A DNA stretch of 64,000 nucleotides from Octopus sinensis (GCF_006345805.1 NC_043009.1:70742001-70806000), one strand, 5' to 3'; numbered from the stretch's first letter, positions 12,841 through 26,433 are shown. A program made the numbers and translations. Notes: a model not told the origin generated them from the sequence alone.

Positions 12841-13093
12841 ATCCAAACAAGAAAACACAGAAAAAAAGAGAAAAAAAACACAGCAACGCAGGACGTGGAA
12901 CAATTAAAGTATTATTGACGCTCAGGAAAGAAGGGAAATATATATATATATATATATTTACTACCAAATCCACCCACAAGGCTTTGGTCGGCCCGAGGCT
13001 ATAGTAGAAGACACTTACCCAAGGTGCCACGCAGTGGGACTAAACCCGGAACCATGTGGTTGGTAAACAAGCTACTTACCACACATACACCCA
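12579..13093 (-). mobile_element. Full-length tRNA-derived SINE, family B (CORE-like middle, internal microsatellite, LINE-derived tail)
   Basis: Minus-strand head tgtgtggtaagtagcttg...ggttccgggtttagtccc, CORE-like ccttgggtaagtgtcttctactatagcctc, and tail aggcgatgctccagcatggccgca...gtaaaagagtaaaagag. Confidence 0.85.
12836..12935. mobile_element. Short insert between (TA)n runs inside the SINE, probable Penelope-like terminal fragment
   Basis: 100-bp non-SINE segment (ggacgtggaacaattaaagtattattgacgctcagg) flanked on both sides by (TA)n, like the other PLE ends here; no ribozyme retained. Confidence 0.35.
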
Positions 13094-13649
13094 TACTCGC
13101 GCGCACAGGCTTATACGAAGCTTGGCAAAAGTGAGATGTAGGATAAATTGGAACGAATGGAGAGATCAAGGATGCAGCAAGAATCACAGCATTAAGTTGG
13201 GGGGGGAGTAGAAACGTAAAAGTTGATTGGAAGTTAGAAACGGATCATTGTTCGTTATCCTTGTTGGATCACACCATCATCTTGTACATCAGCATTCGTT
13301 GTAGAGACTCGAATGTATTCTAGGCCAACCCAGGATAGAAATGCATTGATTCACACAACCCCTCAAACCCCACATCCATGGAGTGGGACCGTTTATCATT
13401 GTCTGGCACCTCGGCATACACTGGATTTGCATTTTCATGGAAACGTAAGAATCGACTTCAAAAGCGCCGCTTAAAAAAAAATGGAATATTTGACACAATT
13501 TTTCGCGCGTCATTTCCGCGAAGCTCTTTTCTTACACCTTTTAAGACAGAACATAGTTATTCGTCTGTCAATTACGAAGGAAGAAAGAGTGAGAATTTTA
13601 TTTTGAAGTAAAGAACAGAACTGGTAAGACGCGAACTAATTAGGAAAGA

Positions 13650-13650
13650 G

Positions 13651-13730
<80 letters not shown>
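13650..13730. repeat. (CT)n microsatellite
   Basis: About 40 CT units. Confidence 0.95.
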
Positions 13731-13731
<1 letters not shown>

Positions 13732-15724
13732 GCCCTCTCTATTTTTCTCTCGTCCTATCTGTCCTTTCCTACGTATTAATATCTCGCTCACGTCTCTCCC
13801 TCTTATTCAAACAGACATACAGTTATCTTGTATACTAAGTGAAAAGTCCTGTTCTTATCGTCTCTATCCACTTTGTTATTTGAGTCTTCGTATACCCTGA
13901 TCAGTTGGTGACCTCTTAACCTTATATAAATTTCTGTTATATAATATAATATGCCAAAATCGTATCCATTTCTTCGCAGAGCATAGTTTCGCTCTCCATT
14001 CCTCTGGCCAATTGGTCCAGCATGCTTCCACTGCGCTCATCTGCTCACTAAGTAAATATATCATGTATTATTCCCTATATTTCCTGGATCATTTTACTTT
14101 TATATTACTTTCATCCATCTTACGTTATTTATTTATTTATTTCTATGCACTGGACTATCAAATGTACCGAGTAATTGTAACTTCAATATACATGATGTTG
14201 TACAGGGAAATTAGTTTATTTTCTGAAAGGTGGCATATCACTCTGCTGATACTCTGAGTATCAGAAAGGAGGCAGACAACCTGTGTGTTGCAAGTATTTC
14301 TGGGTGTCTTTTCAGTTGCCATTTTCATATCAGCCAAAACATATGAATTCTGATAACGTTTCCTCGGTGCAGCACAGTAGGCGAGCTTGCTAGAATGAAA
14401 ACTATATAGAGTTAAGCCGAACCTATCGAAAAAAACCTGATCTATTCTGAGCAGAATACAACTTTTTACTGATAATTATATAATTCTTTCGATAAATCTC
14501 AAATTAGTACATCAGTTCCCTCAATCAATGAACTTATAGCAAGAGAATTCAATGTCACCAGCAAAACAACAGCTCTTATGTGAAAGAGCAATACCTAAGC
14601 CAAAGAAATATGCCTCCAATCCATAAACAATAAACTAGTGGTTCGCATTTCACAAGATTACCAAACTTCTAACACTACATAGTCATATATTTAGTTGTTG
14701 GTGGAGCCAGCGTCATATTACAATGGGACATTGATCAACTTTAGATATTTATTAGCACTAAACTAAATGAAACATGATCGAAGAGCTAATCTAATACAGA
14801 AGCATTTTCATATGTAACGTCCACAGACAATTAAGCAGTGGCGTGGTGCCAAAACGTGGGAAGACTTCAATCAATATGTGAATTTCAGTATAACATGAGA
14901 AAATAATCTTACACTGGTTTCCACCTGAGTAACTCTTAATGGTCAGCTTTTATGTGGTGTCTTGGTATAATAGGAAGACCGAGCAGATCTACTTGAAAAT
15001 GTAGCCGTTAATGTCGTCTGCTTTTCGAGACGCTAAGAGGGACAGCTGAAACTGTACCAAGATGGAACAGAAATATCAGCCAAATCGCCCCAGAACTCAA
15101 ACGTTATTCTCCGTTAAATATATGGCCTTGCGGGTACACTTGTGCTATATCTGATGGAAGTAACATCCAAACACACCTCTTTCTCACACACACACACTCA
15201 TATAGATGATAGATTGTTATATAATGAAATATACATGCATATTTGTGTGTGTACACATGTATACAATCATGTATATATGAATATGTATGTGTATATATAT
15301 ATACATATATGGGTGTGAAAGGGAGTGCGCGTGTGTGCATGCAACGTGTCCCCCAAAAATGTATTCATTGAATGATAACAAACTCTATGTTTATTAAAAT
15401 ACGTTTTATGTTCGTAATTTAATAGAATCTACAAACAAAATAGGAGTTTTTTGTATGTACTCCTGTTTCAAACTAATCATCGCTCCGTTCCAGGCTCCGG
15501 TAATGACACGTAACAATGCAATCGCAATTATCAAGAAACATATCTCGTTTAGTGACCAAATTCGTCGACTGGTATCGGATTTGTAACCTAAGCATTATGT
15601 TTTAAGTATCACCATTAAAAAAATGCCTAGTGTTGTGAGATTCAGTGAACGTGAAGGGTATTCTATTGAAATTTCCGTTTGATTTATGATTTTGATAAAT
15701 TCTCATCAAGGTAGGCCCATAAAT

Positions 15725-16534
15725 TTCCGTGGTGGTATAGGGGTCGTGTAGCTGGAAATAAATTCTATATAATCAAAATTCTCTCCAATGCAAGACAGAT
15801 TGTTGCAATAAATTCAAATAATTGAAACCAATCACAGTACCATCATAAAAGAATGGTCTAATTTAATCCTTTTTACGATAAGCCGCACCATTTTGTAACC
15901 ACTGGTAAATTAACAAGATGTTCCTCAGTAATATATAGGTTTTCATGTCCCCTGTAGGCGCATATGAGGCAGTTGAGCCATTTAATTTAAAGGTAGCCTC
16001 AACACTCCAACCAGTCTTTGTTCGATATTGCATATCTTCTTCATATCTTGCCAAGTAACATTCCAGATCCAGATCATCTTCATTGAGAGCATGGAATATT
16101 CTTGGAATGTTACTTTTCCAATGACAGAGCTTGATTTTGAAAGTCTCATTTCACGATTCGCTTCCTGAAGAGATTTTCTTGAAGTCTGGCAATATATTTT
16201 TGGTTTTAGGACTGTTTCCTGCTGTTTTGGGACTCGCGGATGTCTACCGTTTTCGGAACGTTTCATGTGGACATCCTGAACAGCTCTGTTTGCTTGACAT
16301 TTATCTCTAATTCGGGTGATCATAAGCTGTGTGACTATGTCTGAAACTAACCGCTTAAACTGTCGTCTCATTTCGTCTGCCTTTTCAATTTTCCAGCAAC
16401 ACTGAAAGATAAATTTTGTGTTCAAAGTTTAGTGCATTTCCCTTCATTATTTCTAGTGATTTAGATCTAAAAAATAGTGGAAGTTGAACGAGTTATTAGC
16501 CATTAAAGTGGGTATATATTTTAGGGACATCCTG
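15725..16534 (-). mobile_element. Decayed Tc1/mariner-superfamily element with DUF4817-like N-terminal HTH
   Basis: TA + caggatgtccc terminus at 16524-16536; minus frames [51 protein letters not shown] (first Asp degenerate), PFFYDGTV. Confidence 0.7.
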
Positions 16535-17729
16535 TATATATGGATGGATGCATACATGCATATGGACCAAGCGTTCGGGTAGTTTCCATCTACAAAATTG
16601 GTCAGCGCAAGAATATAGCAAAAAATGTTCACACAAATACCTCGCCGTGATCTACAAACGACGCGGCCTTGGATTCGATTCCACTGCAGAGCAGCCTGTT
16701 CCCGTGGTTTTGTGATGTGTGTCCTTAGTACTTCATTGTCTGCTACTCGGAAAACGAACAGGAAAATATTTTCTTCGTGTGGAGCTGGCTAACATCTTTT
16801 TCTTCCTTACATACGCGGTGTGGTGTATGATAGGCCATTCTTCAGTCAATCCGAAGCTGCACCGTTTTCAATTAATAACTAAATGAGCGATTATTTTAAA
16901 TGCACGCCATGTAATGTCAGTTCACTGAGCCTTCTATATTTTTTTGATTAATTTGCTTCGGCAACAATTTCAGGTTTTCTTTTAATAATGTTTGACAACA
17001 CGTCTGGCATAAACGAGTCATTAAATCAGGTTTTTAAGCCTTTATAATTACCGCTTTTAACAGCCTGATTATAATCATATATATGTATATATAGACACAT
17101 ACACGCACTGACATATATTATATAATATGCATGTGTGTAATTATGTATGTATATTTTGTCTTTGTATACGCACGCAAATAGCAGAATGGTTTAAGAAGTT
17201 CACTCCAGAAATACTAGATTACAAGTTCGACCCTACAGCATATCTTTGGAAGCTGTATGTTACTAAAGCCTGATTTCGATTCAAATATTGCGAATATAAT
17301 TGGAGAGAGAGAAACCCGTCGAAAGGATTGTGTTAATAATTAAAAGATACAGCTTTTCAGATGCGTCGTCTGCTTGATCTTGTTTAATGATTAAGTTACG
17401 AATATACACAATAGATATGTGTGCGATACTCAGCCACTCGCAAACTGAATGAATAAGTGATTCCATTGAGTGAAAACGAACTACTTATCCTCTAAAAGAG
17501 GACGGAGAGCTATTTAGTTATATAGAGTCATGTTTAGTTTGGCTTCATTCTTTTTAATCCTTAGCAACACGGAAGTAGAGAAACAGTTAGTCAACAGCCC
17601 CAAATCAAATATCTTTCGCTAGCATTTTGATATCATCAGCTAAATAGCTATGTGCATGTATTTACGCACGTAACTGCATGCATCAATCTAAATGTTTTGA
17701 TTTTATATATGTGGGGCACACAACACGCA

Positions 17730-19285
17730 CTTCCTCTAGAATGTTTTGCATATTTTCACACCACCATTAATAAGTGCTGGTAAAATTATACTCGACAATA
17801 GATATCTATTGCTGTGTACTATTTACTTACTCAGGATTTTGTTGGTACATAAACTAATGCACCTATGATAATAGGTACAAATGAGAATTCATAGTCAAGG
17901 TACAAGAGCTGTAAAGTTCCTAAGTTAGTTCGCCAGAAATAGTCTCTTTTTCCTGGACTTTTGATTGTACATTCACATCCGCTGGGCAGCTAACCTATAC
18001 GACAGTGCATAACTTTTCTTCCCTGTCCCACAAGACAATATCAGGTGTTATACTTGCACAGAAGTGGTGTTTTTATTGGGGTGTTCTACCAGTATTTCTT
18101 CTTCTTAAAGGTGTGAATACCTGCTGGTTCTGCCTGACATGCCTTTGATGTAGACGACAAGGCAGTCCTTCTTGCGGATAGCACTGTAAATAGTCTTAGC
18201 AACTATATCATGCCTCAGGAACAAGTAGCAGGCATTTTCTGGCCACCGATGGTAATGTGGGTCATATCTTTCACACTGCTATAACAGATCCGACATTTTT
18301 TTTTTTATCACAGTCTTAAAGTTTGGTAGTATCTTTTCCTTTCTTATCTATCAGGTATTTGGTAGCTAACTCCTGTTCCTAGAAAGCGAAGGCATATCCT
18401 TCTAGGTGGAATGTATCTATCGTAGATCCAAGAATGGCTACTTTTCCTGTCAATGTTGCAGTTGCCCTCTATCTTACGGGGTATGTACTCATGTATTGCT
18501 TTTTGTTTGGTACGATGCTTGCATTCTGTTTAGTTCTTCTCAGTTCTGAGTATGCATGCAACCTATTCATTTCTTTCTTCACGGTTTCGAAGTTTTTGTA
18601 ATACAATTCAAAGGCTGCTCGGACTGACTTCATGCCTCTAACGCTGCCATCACTTCGTCTCACATAAATCCTATCGGTGTCACTTTTAATGTGGAAGTTG
18701 TTAGTGGCGGTCAGTATCTCCCTGCTTTTTGATATCCAGGCTGCATATCTCATCGACTGTCTAGTACAATATCTCAAATGCCCGTACTAGCATCAGTACT
18801 GCAAAAATATTGTGAGATATGGTCTCGTTAAATGTAGACATCTTTGCGTTCCATATTTTCCGGAGTTTGCCGAAGTCCTTTTTTGTTGTTATTCTGGCTT
18901 TGGTGGCTTTAGTAAGCAACATTCCCATCGATTCCGAGGTAGACCTAGCTTTCAACACAAGAGAAAGAGGATATAGTCAAGCCGTTGATGCATATGTTCT
19001 CTGTCTGGTCTGGTCGACAAACTTTCCTCGGTTGACTATTTTCTATGAACATTTGTCTTGGCTAAACTCCATTCTCGTGAGAATGCTGTGACTAATTCTA
19101 ATTGTCTCTTGATGTCGATCATAATATCATGATAGAACTTACAGTCACCAACAGAAATGGGTAATATTACTTTGTATTCTTTTCTGCATATCCCACCATG
19201 TAGCCTTGGCATTTTATTCACTGCCAATACAAACAGCATTACAGATAAACTATCACCTTGGAATATACCTGTTGAAAGCTTAATT
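17730..19285 (-). mobile_element. Decayed R4/Dong-like LINE, 5'-truncated within RT
   Basis: GIFQGDSLSVMLFVLAVN (RT), SDTDRIYVRR..RGMKSV, LRHDIVAK, PDIVLWD, YEFSFVPIIIGAL, GGVKICKTF*. Confidence 0.85.
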
Positions 19286-19521
19286 ATGTTTATTGGAACG
19301 TGTGTGTGTGTGTATGTATGTATGTATGTATGTATGTATGTATGTATGTATGTATGTATGTATGTATGTATGTACGCATGTATGTATGTAAGTAATACGG
19401 AATCAAAAGTCATGTTGGCGCTTAGCGCAGGATAACTCACCTTATGCTTAGAAATTTTCTCTTTGAATTTGGTTGATAAAGAGTCTATGAGTGGGAAAAT
19501 TACAGTAAACTCACCCCTCAT

Positions 19522-20394
19522 GGATCTATTCAGTTTCGCTCACAGAGTTTTTAATTATTTTTTTAAAACGAAACAGTTTGAAACTTCATATACTGGTGTA
19601 ATTTCTCACGCGCAACACGGTTTACTTTCAACATTTTTGACAAAATTTCGTATTTTAGAAGTTATTTCGTGTTAAAGTTGTCGTATTTAGGTAATTTTAA
19701 CCAATCAACGTCGTGTATTCAGTTGAAGAAAACTACTGCTGTTTGCGATAGTATGTCGAGCGGAGGGCATAGGGAAAGTGTTGCTCCTTGATCATAGCTG
19801 ACACAAAAAAGAAGCTTTCGGCCGCAAGAAAAACGATGACACCTTTATTCTTTCTTCCTTTCCAGTCAGCACCGGGCATTCGTTACTCTTCCCTCTCTAC
19901 TGGCAGATCACAACTTCTACACTATCAACTACCAACCAGCGAGCGAACTTGTCACTACCACTACAGTTACTGCTGTATCTCTAACTAAATGTCGGGCAAA
20001 CGAATAAATATATGTAAATATTTCTTCCTTCTCGGTGTTGATTCTTCGATGTTTACTGTTTACTCTGACGTGCGAACCCAAAAGTAAAAAGCGTGTAATA
20101 TGCTACACAGGCAGTAAACAAAAATAAAATAGAACAGAGTGGTGACATTTAGTATAGATGACCCAGAAGTTGTTGCTCTTCGATTACAACTGCAAACAGC
20201 AGTAACTTTCTTCAACTGCATACACGTCGTTGATTTGTTAAAATTACCCAAATACGACAACTTTAACACAAAATAGCTTCTAAAATACGAGTGTTGAAAG
20301 TAAACCGTGTTCAGCGTGAAAAATTACATTAGTATACGAAGTTTCAAATCTAGTTTAAAAAAAAATTAATCTGTGAGCGAAGCTGGACAGATCC
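19522..20394. mobile_element. Non-autonomous DNA transposon (873 bp) with about 215-bp TIRs, GG/CC termini and 8-bp TSD; Merlin-like
   Basis: Left arm ggatctattcagtttcgctcacaga...ctgctgtttgc is the imperfect reverse complement of right arm gcaaacagcag...tctgtgagcgaagctggacagatcc. Flanks are cccctcat (19514-19521) and ccccacat (20395-20402). Confidence 0.8.
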
Positions 20395-21809
20395 CCCCAC
20401 ATACTTACATATACCTGCGTGTACTCGTGCTGGCGCGTGTATACGTATATATTCCTAGGTCTCCCATTATTTGTGGCTCCGGGAGTACAATATCCCCAGG
20501 TTCTGAGGCATTCGAACTGCTGTATATTTTTCATGGAGACGTGAAATACAGTTCCGTATCGAATCATTTGCATACAGAAAATTCTGAATTTATAATCCTA
20601 CTCATATGTAAGTATCCTTTAAATTAGAAAGTTTAAGGCTCTCTGGCATGAATCGTGCACAAAAGCCATCTTGTTCTTTATTACTTCTCAATGAGTATTT
20701 AATTATAGATATTTAAAAAGTGATCTACATATACAATTTGGTATCCATTGATATTGAAATAACTCCACAATGAGGTAACCATCAACTAACAAGACAAGCA
20801 ATCGTCACATAAGACCAACTGTCTTATTGCATTCCGGTCGAATAATATTAGAGGAATGCATTATTTTACCAATATAAGTCACGCAGTAGAAAGGTTCTTC
20901 ATCACACATAGATATGCTCACTTGCACCCATTCACTCACACATACACACACACACACATACACACATCTATGCGTGTATTTATATCTGTTTCTTTTAAGT
21001 CAAAATATTTTCACTTATTTTCTTGCTAAGAGGTCGAAAGTTCACCCTGTCAGTCTCTTTCTTCCGCCCCCTCTCTCTCTCTCTCTCACTGTCTCCCCCT
21101 TTCCTCTCTATAGCACATATACACTCGCGCGCGCATTCACACACATACACACACACACACAGACTAACCTCGTTTTATCCGCAGTCAACATGTGTTGGCT
21201 CGCATGTGCCTATGTGTTTCTTCTCAACATTGTATCCACCCAACATAGTTTTATATCCCTGTCTCTCTGCTTCTCTTTTACGTAGAAAGAAGCCGGGGAA
21301 AACTGAAAGAGACTTCTCTCTATCACTTTCATTCTGTCTATCTCTCTCATTGCCGCTCTCCCTACACACACACACACACACACGTGTGTATGGGTGTACA
21401 TTGAAACACATGTGACTGGCATATATTCTTTCAGACGATGTATGCAGTGGGCGGGGGTGGGGGAGGTCGTCGCGAAGAAACTAAAAGAAATGATAATAAA
21501 AGCCTAAACAAACCGAGATCGCTTCAAGAAATCACGTCCACGTGACTGTTGGCGTCTGTAATCTCTGTGAGAGTTGAGGAATGTCAGGCTGTAAGTCGAT
21601 CCATGTTAGCAGAGGCAGAGCAGCGTTTCGACTGATGTGGGACGGAGTGACTTGCTAACCACCGCGTTCTAACTGCAACCACCACAACCGAACCTCGTTC
21701 AGCCGACGACGGAGCCTTTTCAGGGTCGATGGATGGTAACGTGCCTGAAACGAAAACCAAATCTGTCCCAATTTATACACCACACTCTCAAACCACCACC
21801 ACCACCACA

Positions 21810-21866
<57 letters not shown>

Positions 21867-22317
21867 GCTACTACGTTGTTTTACGAGCAGCAGTAACAGC
21901 CAGGTCAGAAATACGAGCAACACATGCGAGGAATGTTTTTACTTCAACAAGCACCAATAACAGCTGCTACTGCTGCGACTGCTGCTGCTGCTGATGATGA
22001 TGATGGTAGTGGTAGTGGTGGTGGTGGTGGTGATGCCTGTACCACAGTCACAGAGGCAGCAACAAGGATGGTGTGTCAAACCCACATGGAGCCATTTCGT
22101 GGTTACTCGATATACTAGATACAGTAGCTGAACCTTCTTTTTTTTTAAAGCAAACAATATTGTCTCCATATAAAAGGGAGACACTGGAATGCTTTTGCTC
22201 AGAAGAACAATTGCTTCGGAGTCGACAAACGATCGACTATACCGTTTCGAACTATTGGAAATAGCAACGAATTCTTCCTCAGTTAACCCCCGACTGATAT
22301 CGTTTTTTTCATTCGGA

Positions 22318-22542
22318 AACGTCGTGTATTCAGTTGAAGAAAACTACTGCTGTTTGCGATAGTATGTCGAGCGGAGGGCGAAGGGAAAGTGTTGCTCCTT
22401 GGTCATAGCTGACACAAAAGAGAAGCTTTCGGCCGCAAGAAAAACGATGACACCTTTATCCTTTCTTCCTTTCCAGTCAGCACCGTGCATTCGTTACCCT
22501 TCCTCTCTACTGGCAGATCACAACTTCTACACTATCAACTAC
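22318..22542 (+). mobile_element. Fragment of the same Merlin-like MITE family
   Basis: Aligns to 19707-19932 with about 8 differences in 226 nt (manual count). Confidence 0.9.
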
Positions 22543-25500
22543 TTTTTTCATTCGCAAAATGAGCCCCCTTTAATTTTTCAGATTGCTTTCAATCTTGATG
22601 TATCGATGTAACTCTGAATTTTGATCAACTAATTGCTTTATCTCGTAAATTAAAGAATCTGATGTTATTTGGAATTAAATTTGGGAAATTTGGTTAATTT
22701 TAGCCAATGAACAGACAACGTGACATTAGCAGCTTGTTAACCGGACAACCGCACGCTCTGTTGGGGTTCACTGAATGTGCCGCATGTTGTTCAATGTTGA
22801 TTCTTCACACTTGATTCTTCACACCACGAGATTCGTTTCACACGCGTGTTTTGTTTAAATTTTTCTTTTATATATTACATATTTTTCAGTGTTTCTGTGT
22901 TAGTATTTTTCTGTGCGTTATTAATATTTTTCTGTGCTTTTTACATATTTTTCATTTCATATATTTTTGGGACTCATTGACTCAGATAGCTGGATTTATG
23001 ATTTCACTAGGTTAATTCTATTCATAAACATTTAAATTAGGAGTATTTCTTAAACCGTTAGCTTCACATTTCACCAGCTTAACTGAAATTTAGCCCACGT
23101 AACAGGAACTGGGAGGGATATCGTGGAACAGTGGGCGGTACAGATAATTTGACATTCTGTTTGAACTCTGCATGCAAAAACATATGAGATATAGGTATTC
23201 TTTTCCTTGGAGCAAATTCTTTGTTGACCAGTGTACTTCTTATCGTAGTTTACAAATCCAAGCATGAAAACGTTACTCAGCTTTGGAGTTTTGGAGAAAG
23301 TCGCCCCCTTTTCACACACACACACACACATACATGAATGCATAAATGTACACATAAACTTATATATGAATACATACATCCACATGCGCTTATATATTAA
23401 TGAAGTACACAGATACATGACAAGTATACATAATACTGAAATATGCATAAAGTAAACACATCCAGACAAAAATATTAACATAACAAATTAAAAAAAATAA
23501 TAGAACCATACAATCAATGAAGAGACAAAAGAAACAATAAGATGATACATGTTTATCTTATTAGGGATTTCTGTTTATTTAGAAACCTACAATGAACAGG
23601 TCATGTCACAGATGCTAAACAATAAATTTCACAGGGTACAACCTTAAAGTTGATACCGCTCCGCTCAACGCAGAAAATGCCTGTCTCGCTTTTGGCTAAA
23701 AATACACAGATTTTCTGATCTCTAAACCTCTGTAACTTTTCCCTCCAATTTTTTTTTCTGCACAATGTCATACCTTCATAGCAATGTGACTGCAAGACTT
23801 CATTATTAAAGCTGATTTTCAGATTTTTTCATTTCCTTAAAAAATGCATATTTTGTGAATGAAAAAAACTAGACCTCGTCTCGATGAGAGCTGAGCTACT
23901 TCTGAACAAAAGAATAACAACAGTTGCTTGGGCTGACATCGTAGAGCTGATTAAATGTTGACTAATTTTGAATCCCGCTCTGTTTGTCTTCTTTCGTTCA
24001 ATGTGAGCCTAATTGTAAATGCTCAGCTGATATAATCGCTGTGATTTATGTAGCAGTCTCATTTTCGAAATGAGCATGTGACACTCTGAGTAGCAATTAT
24101 GTTAACAATTATTGTTTGTGACAAACGCATCACATTTCTCCCTCTTGTGCAATTCATTGAGTTGTATCAATACATGACCACAAATCGATCTGCCGTCAAC
24201 TGAATCATTTGAATGCTGAAAGTTGAGGATCAGGATTCTTCAAACACAACCTATGATATGTTCTAGATATTCGCAAGCTATCGACAAATTGTGACACTGT
24301 TTTCCCCCGGTTCTTATGCTGGGTTTCGAATGATAATCACTGTTTAATCTAAAGTCATCCACAATACGTAATTGTCGATTGTCTCGTGTGACAATGAGTC
24401 CAGTGAAAGGATTTTCCCAGCCAAATTGATATAATAGTTATTAAGGTATATGAGATGCCAGAAATAGTTAAACAGTGGATAAATCAGCGGCTTACAGAAT
24501 AATGCTAACACATTGGATAAAATGGAGAAGGATGAAGACACTATCACTCACCTGCTCCTTGCAATATATATATATACATATAGAACTGAAGGAAAACACA
24601 AAAAATTATATATTAGTTGCACCTGTGAACTGATCAACTTTACTTCATTAGTTTTAATTAAAGTGATCGGTAGATTTGAATATTCATTGTTACTCTGGAA
24701 ATGAACATGCAGTACATGCGGCGATCAGTTATGGTGGACAAATTGATTCCAGCGGCACATTTTTGCATAATTTTTTGAGAACTTCCTCTAAAATATGCAG
24801 AAAATATTTTTTTATTTCTGTCAGATATGAAGTAGTTCTAACTGTTGACGATCGAAATATAGTAAACATCAAATACTTTCCAATGTCCCCCGTCAATTCC
24901 CTCGAGCAACTTCCAGCAACCACATTTGTGTCTGCTAATTTGATCAGACATTACCTTAAAATCATTTTTTAAAAATTATTTTATCGTGCACTTAGATCTC
25001 GATCATTTGACGTTGGCCGCGAGATTTGAATACAAATTGAATTTTTCTCGATCGTACCATTCAGTGTTACGTTCTTGTGTCTTCATGCTATTATCTAACT
25101 CATTAATTACATCATCCTCATTTTCGAAATTAGCAATTCGCGCTACACTCAGAATGTTCCTGACATTAATATTACGTTTGACTGGTACATTTGATTGTAT
25201 CGTCTCTGAATATGGTTACAACGACGTTTATTGATATGAAAGGGGCTAAAAAAGCCTAAATTTCATTTGCTAAATTATCATTTGAACAGACAAAATTGAA
25301 CTCTGCCTCAACGTCAAGCGGTCCTCTATCACATTCGCAAATGAACCTTCATAAAAGTAAAACTAAGAAGCGTGCCCAAAGTTGAGGCGCTATTCTTTCA
25401 CCTTTACCAATCATTATGGTGAAAAAGTATATATTTATTACGCAATCATTGAATTATTAAACAACTATGCAGCTGAGAAAATAGTTTCTATCAAGATATT

Positions 25501-25800
25501 GAAGAATGTTTTCATTATTACGGAAATATTCCGAGGTAATAGTCCAATCTGTGCCACGTCACCAGTAAGTTTTATTTCAAAATTGAATTAGTAAAGTTTC
25601 AAATTAGCATAAATTTTTTCAAAAGTGTTCACAGCAATTACATACGTGATAATAAATACCAAAAGAAACAGCTTCAACTGGAATAACACCAAAAGGCAGA
25701 AACCGTGGAAATTCCAACATTATTTTGAAAACAGAAAGCGAATTGCAAGGTTTTAACAACCATGACATATGTATTTGTGTGTGTGTGAGTGATTATGCGT

Positions 25801-25851
<51 letters not shown>

Positions 25852-26239
25852 TATGTGTAAGTAGTTAATTAAAGCTTGGTTATACAGCTGGTAGTATGAC
25901 GATTAAAGCACATTCACTGTCTGTAGCTGCCTGATGTCTTCCAGAGTATTGGTATAAAAGCTACTGGATCCCCAGGAATTCCTCAGTGATTCTGTGTATA
26001 TAACAAATGAAAGAATCAGAAAATGGTATTCACAAGACTTGTTCTTATTAATCAACGATCGTTTCGACCTCTGCTGCATCGATCCTTCATCGTTATCGTG
26101 CATCCATCAGTGTGGATATGTCGCCTCAGGAGGCTTTTCAAAAGGTACCTTGCTCAATAAACTCGGTTTTGCTTAGTTCGATTATACAGCATGTCGTTAT
26201 CTGCCTCGAGGTGGTTGACTCTAGGCCTCATGGTTTCGA

Positions 26240-26354
26240 ATGATTGTATCTAATGTCTGTAGATATATGCATATATACATACATACTTACATACATACAT
26301 ACATACATATATATATATATATTATATATATATATATATATATAAAATGCATAT

Positions 26355-26386
<32 letters not shown>

Positions 26387-26388
26387 AA

Positions 26389-26433
<45 letters not shown>

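Noticed and set aside
16560-17300. Fragments resembling SINE heads and tails; similar traces near 7900-8100, 42300-42560 and 44400-44800
   Set aside because: Too degraded to assign boundaries or family by eye.
20459-20607. Candidate 149-bp exon (ttcctag..gtaagt) with one open frame
   Set aside because: Weak polypyrimidine tract, no recognisable peptide and no compatible partner exon found.
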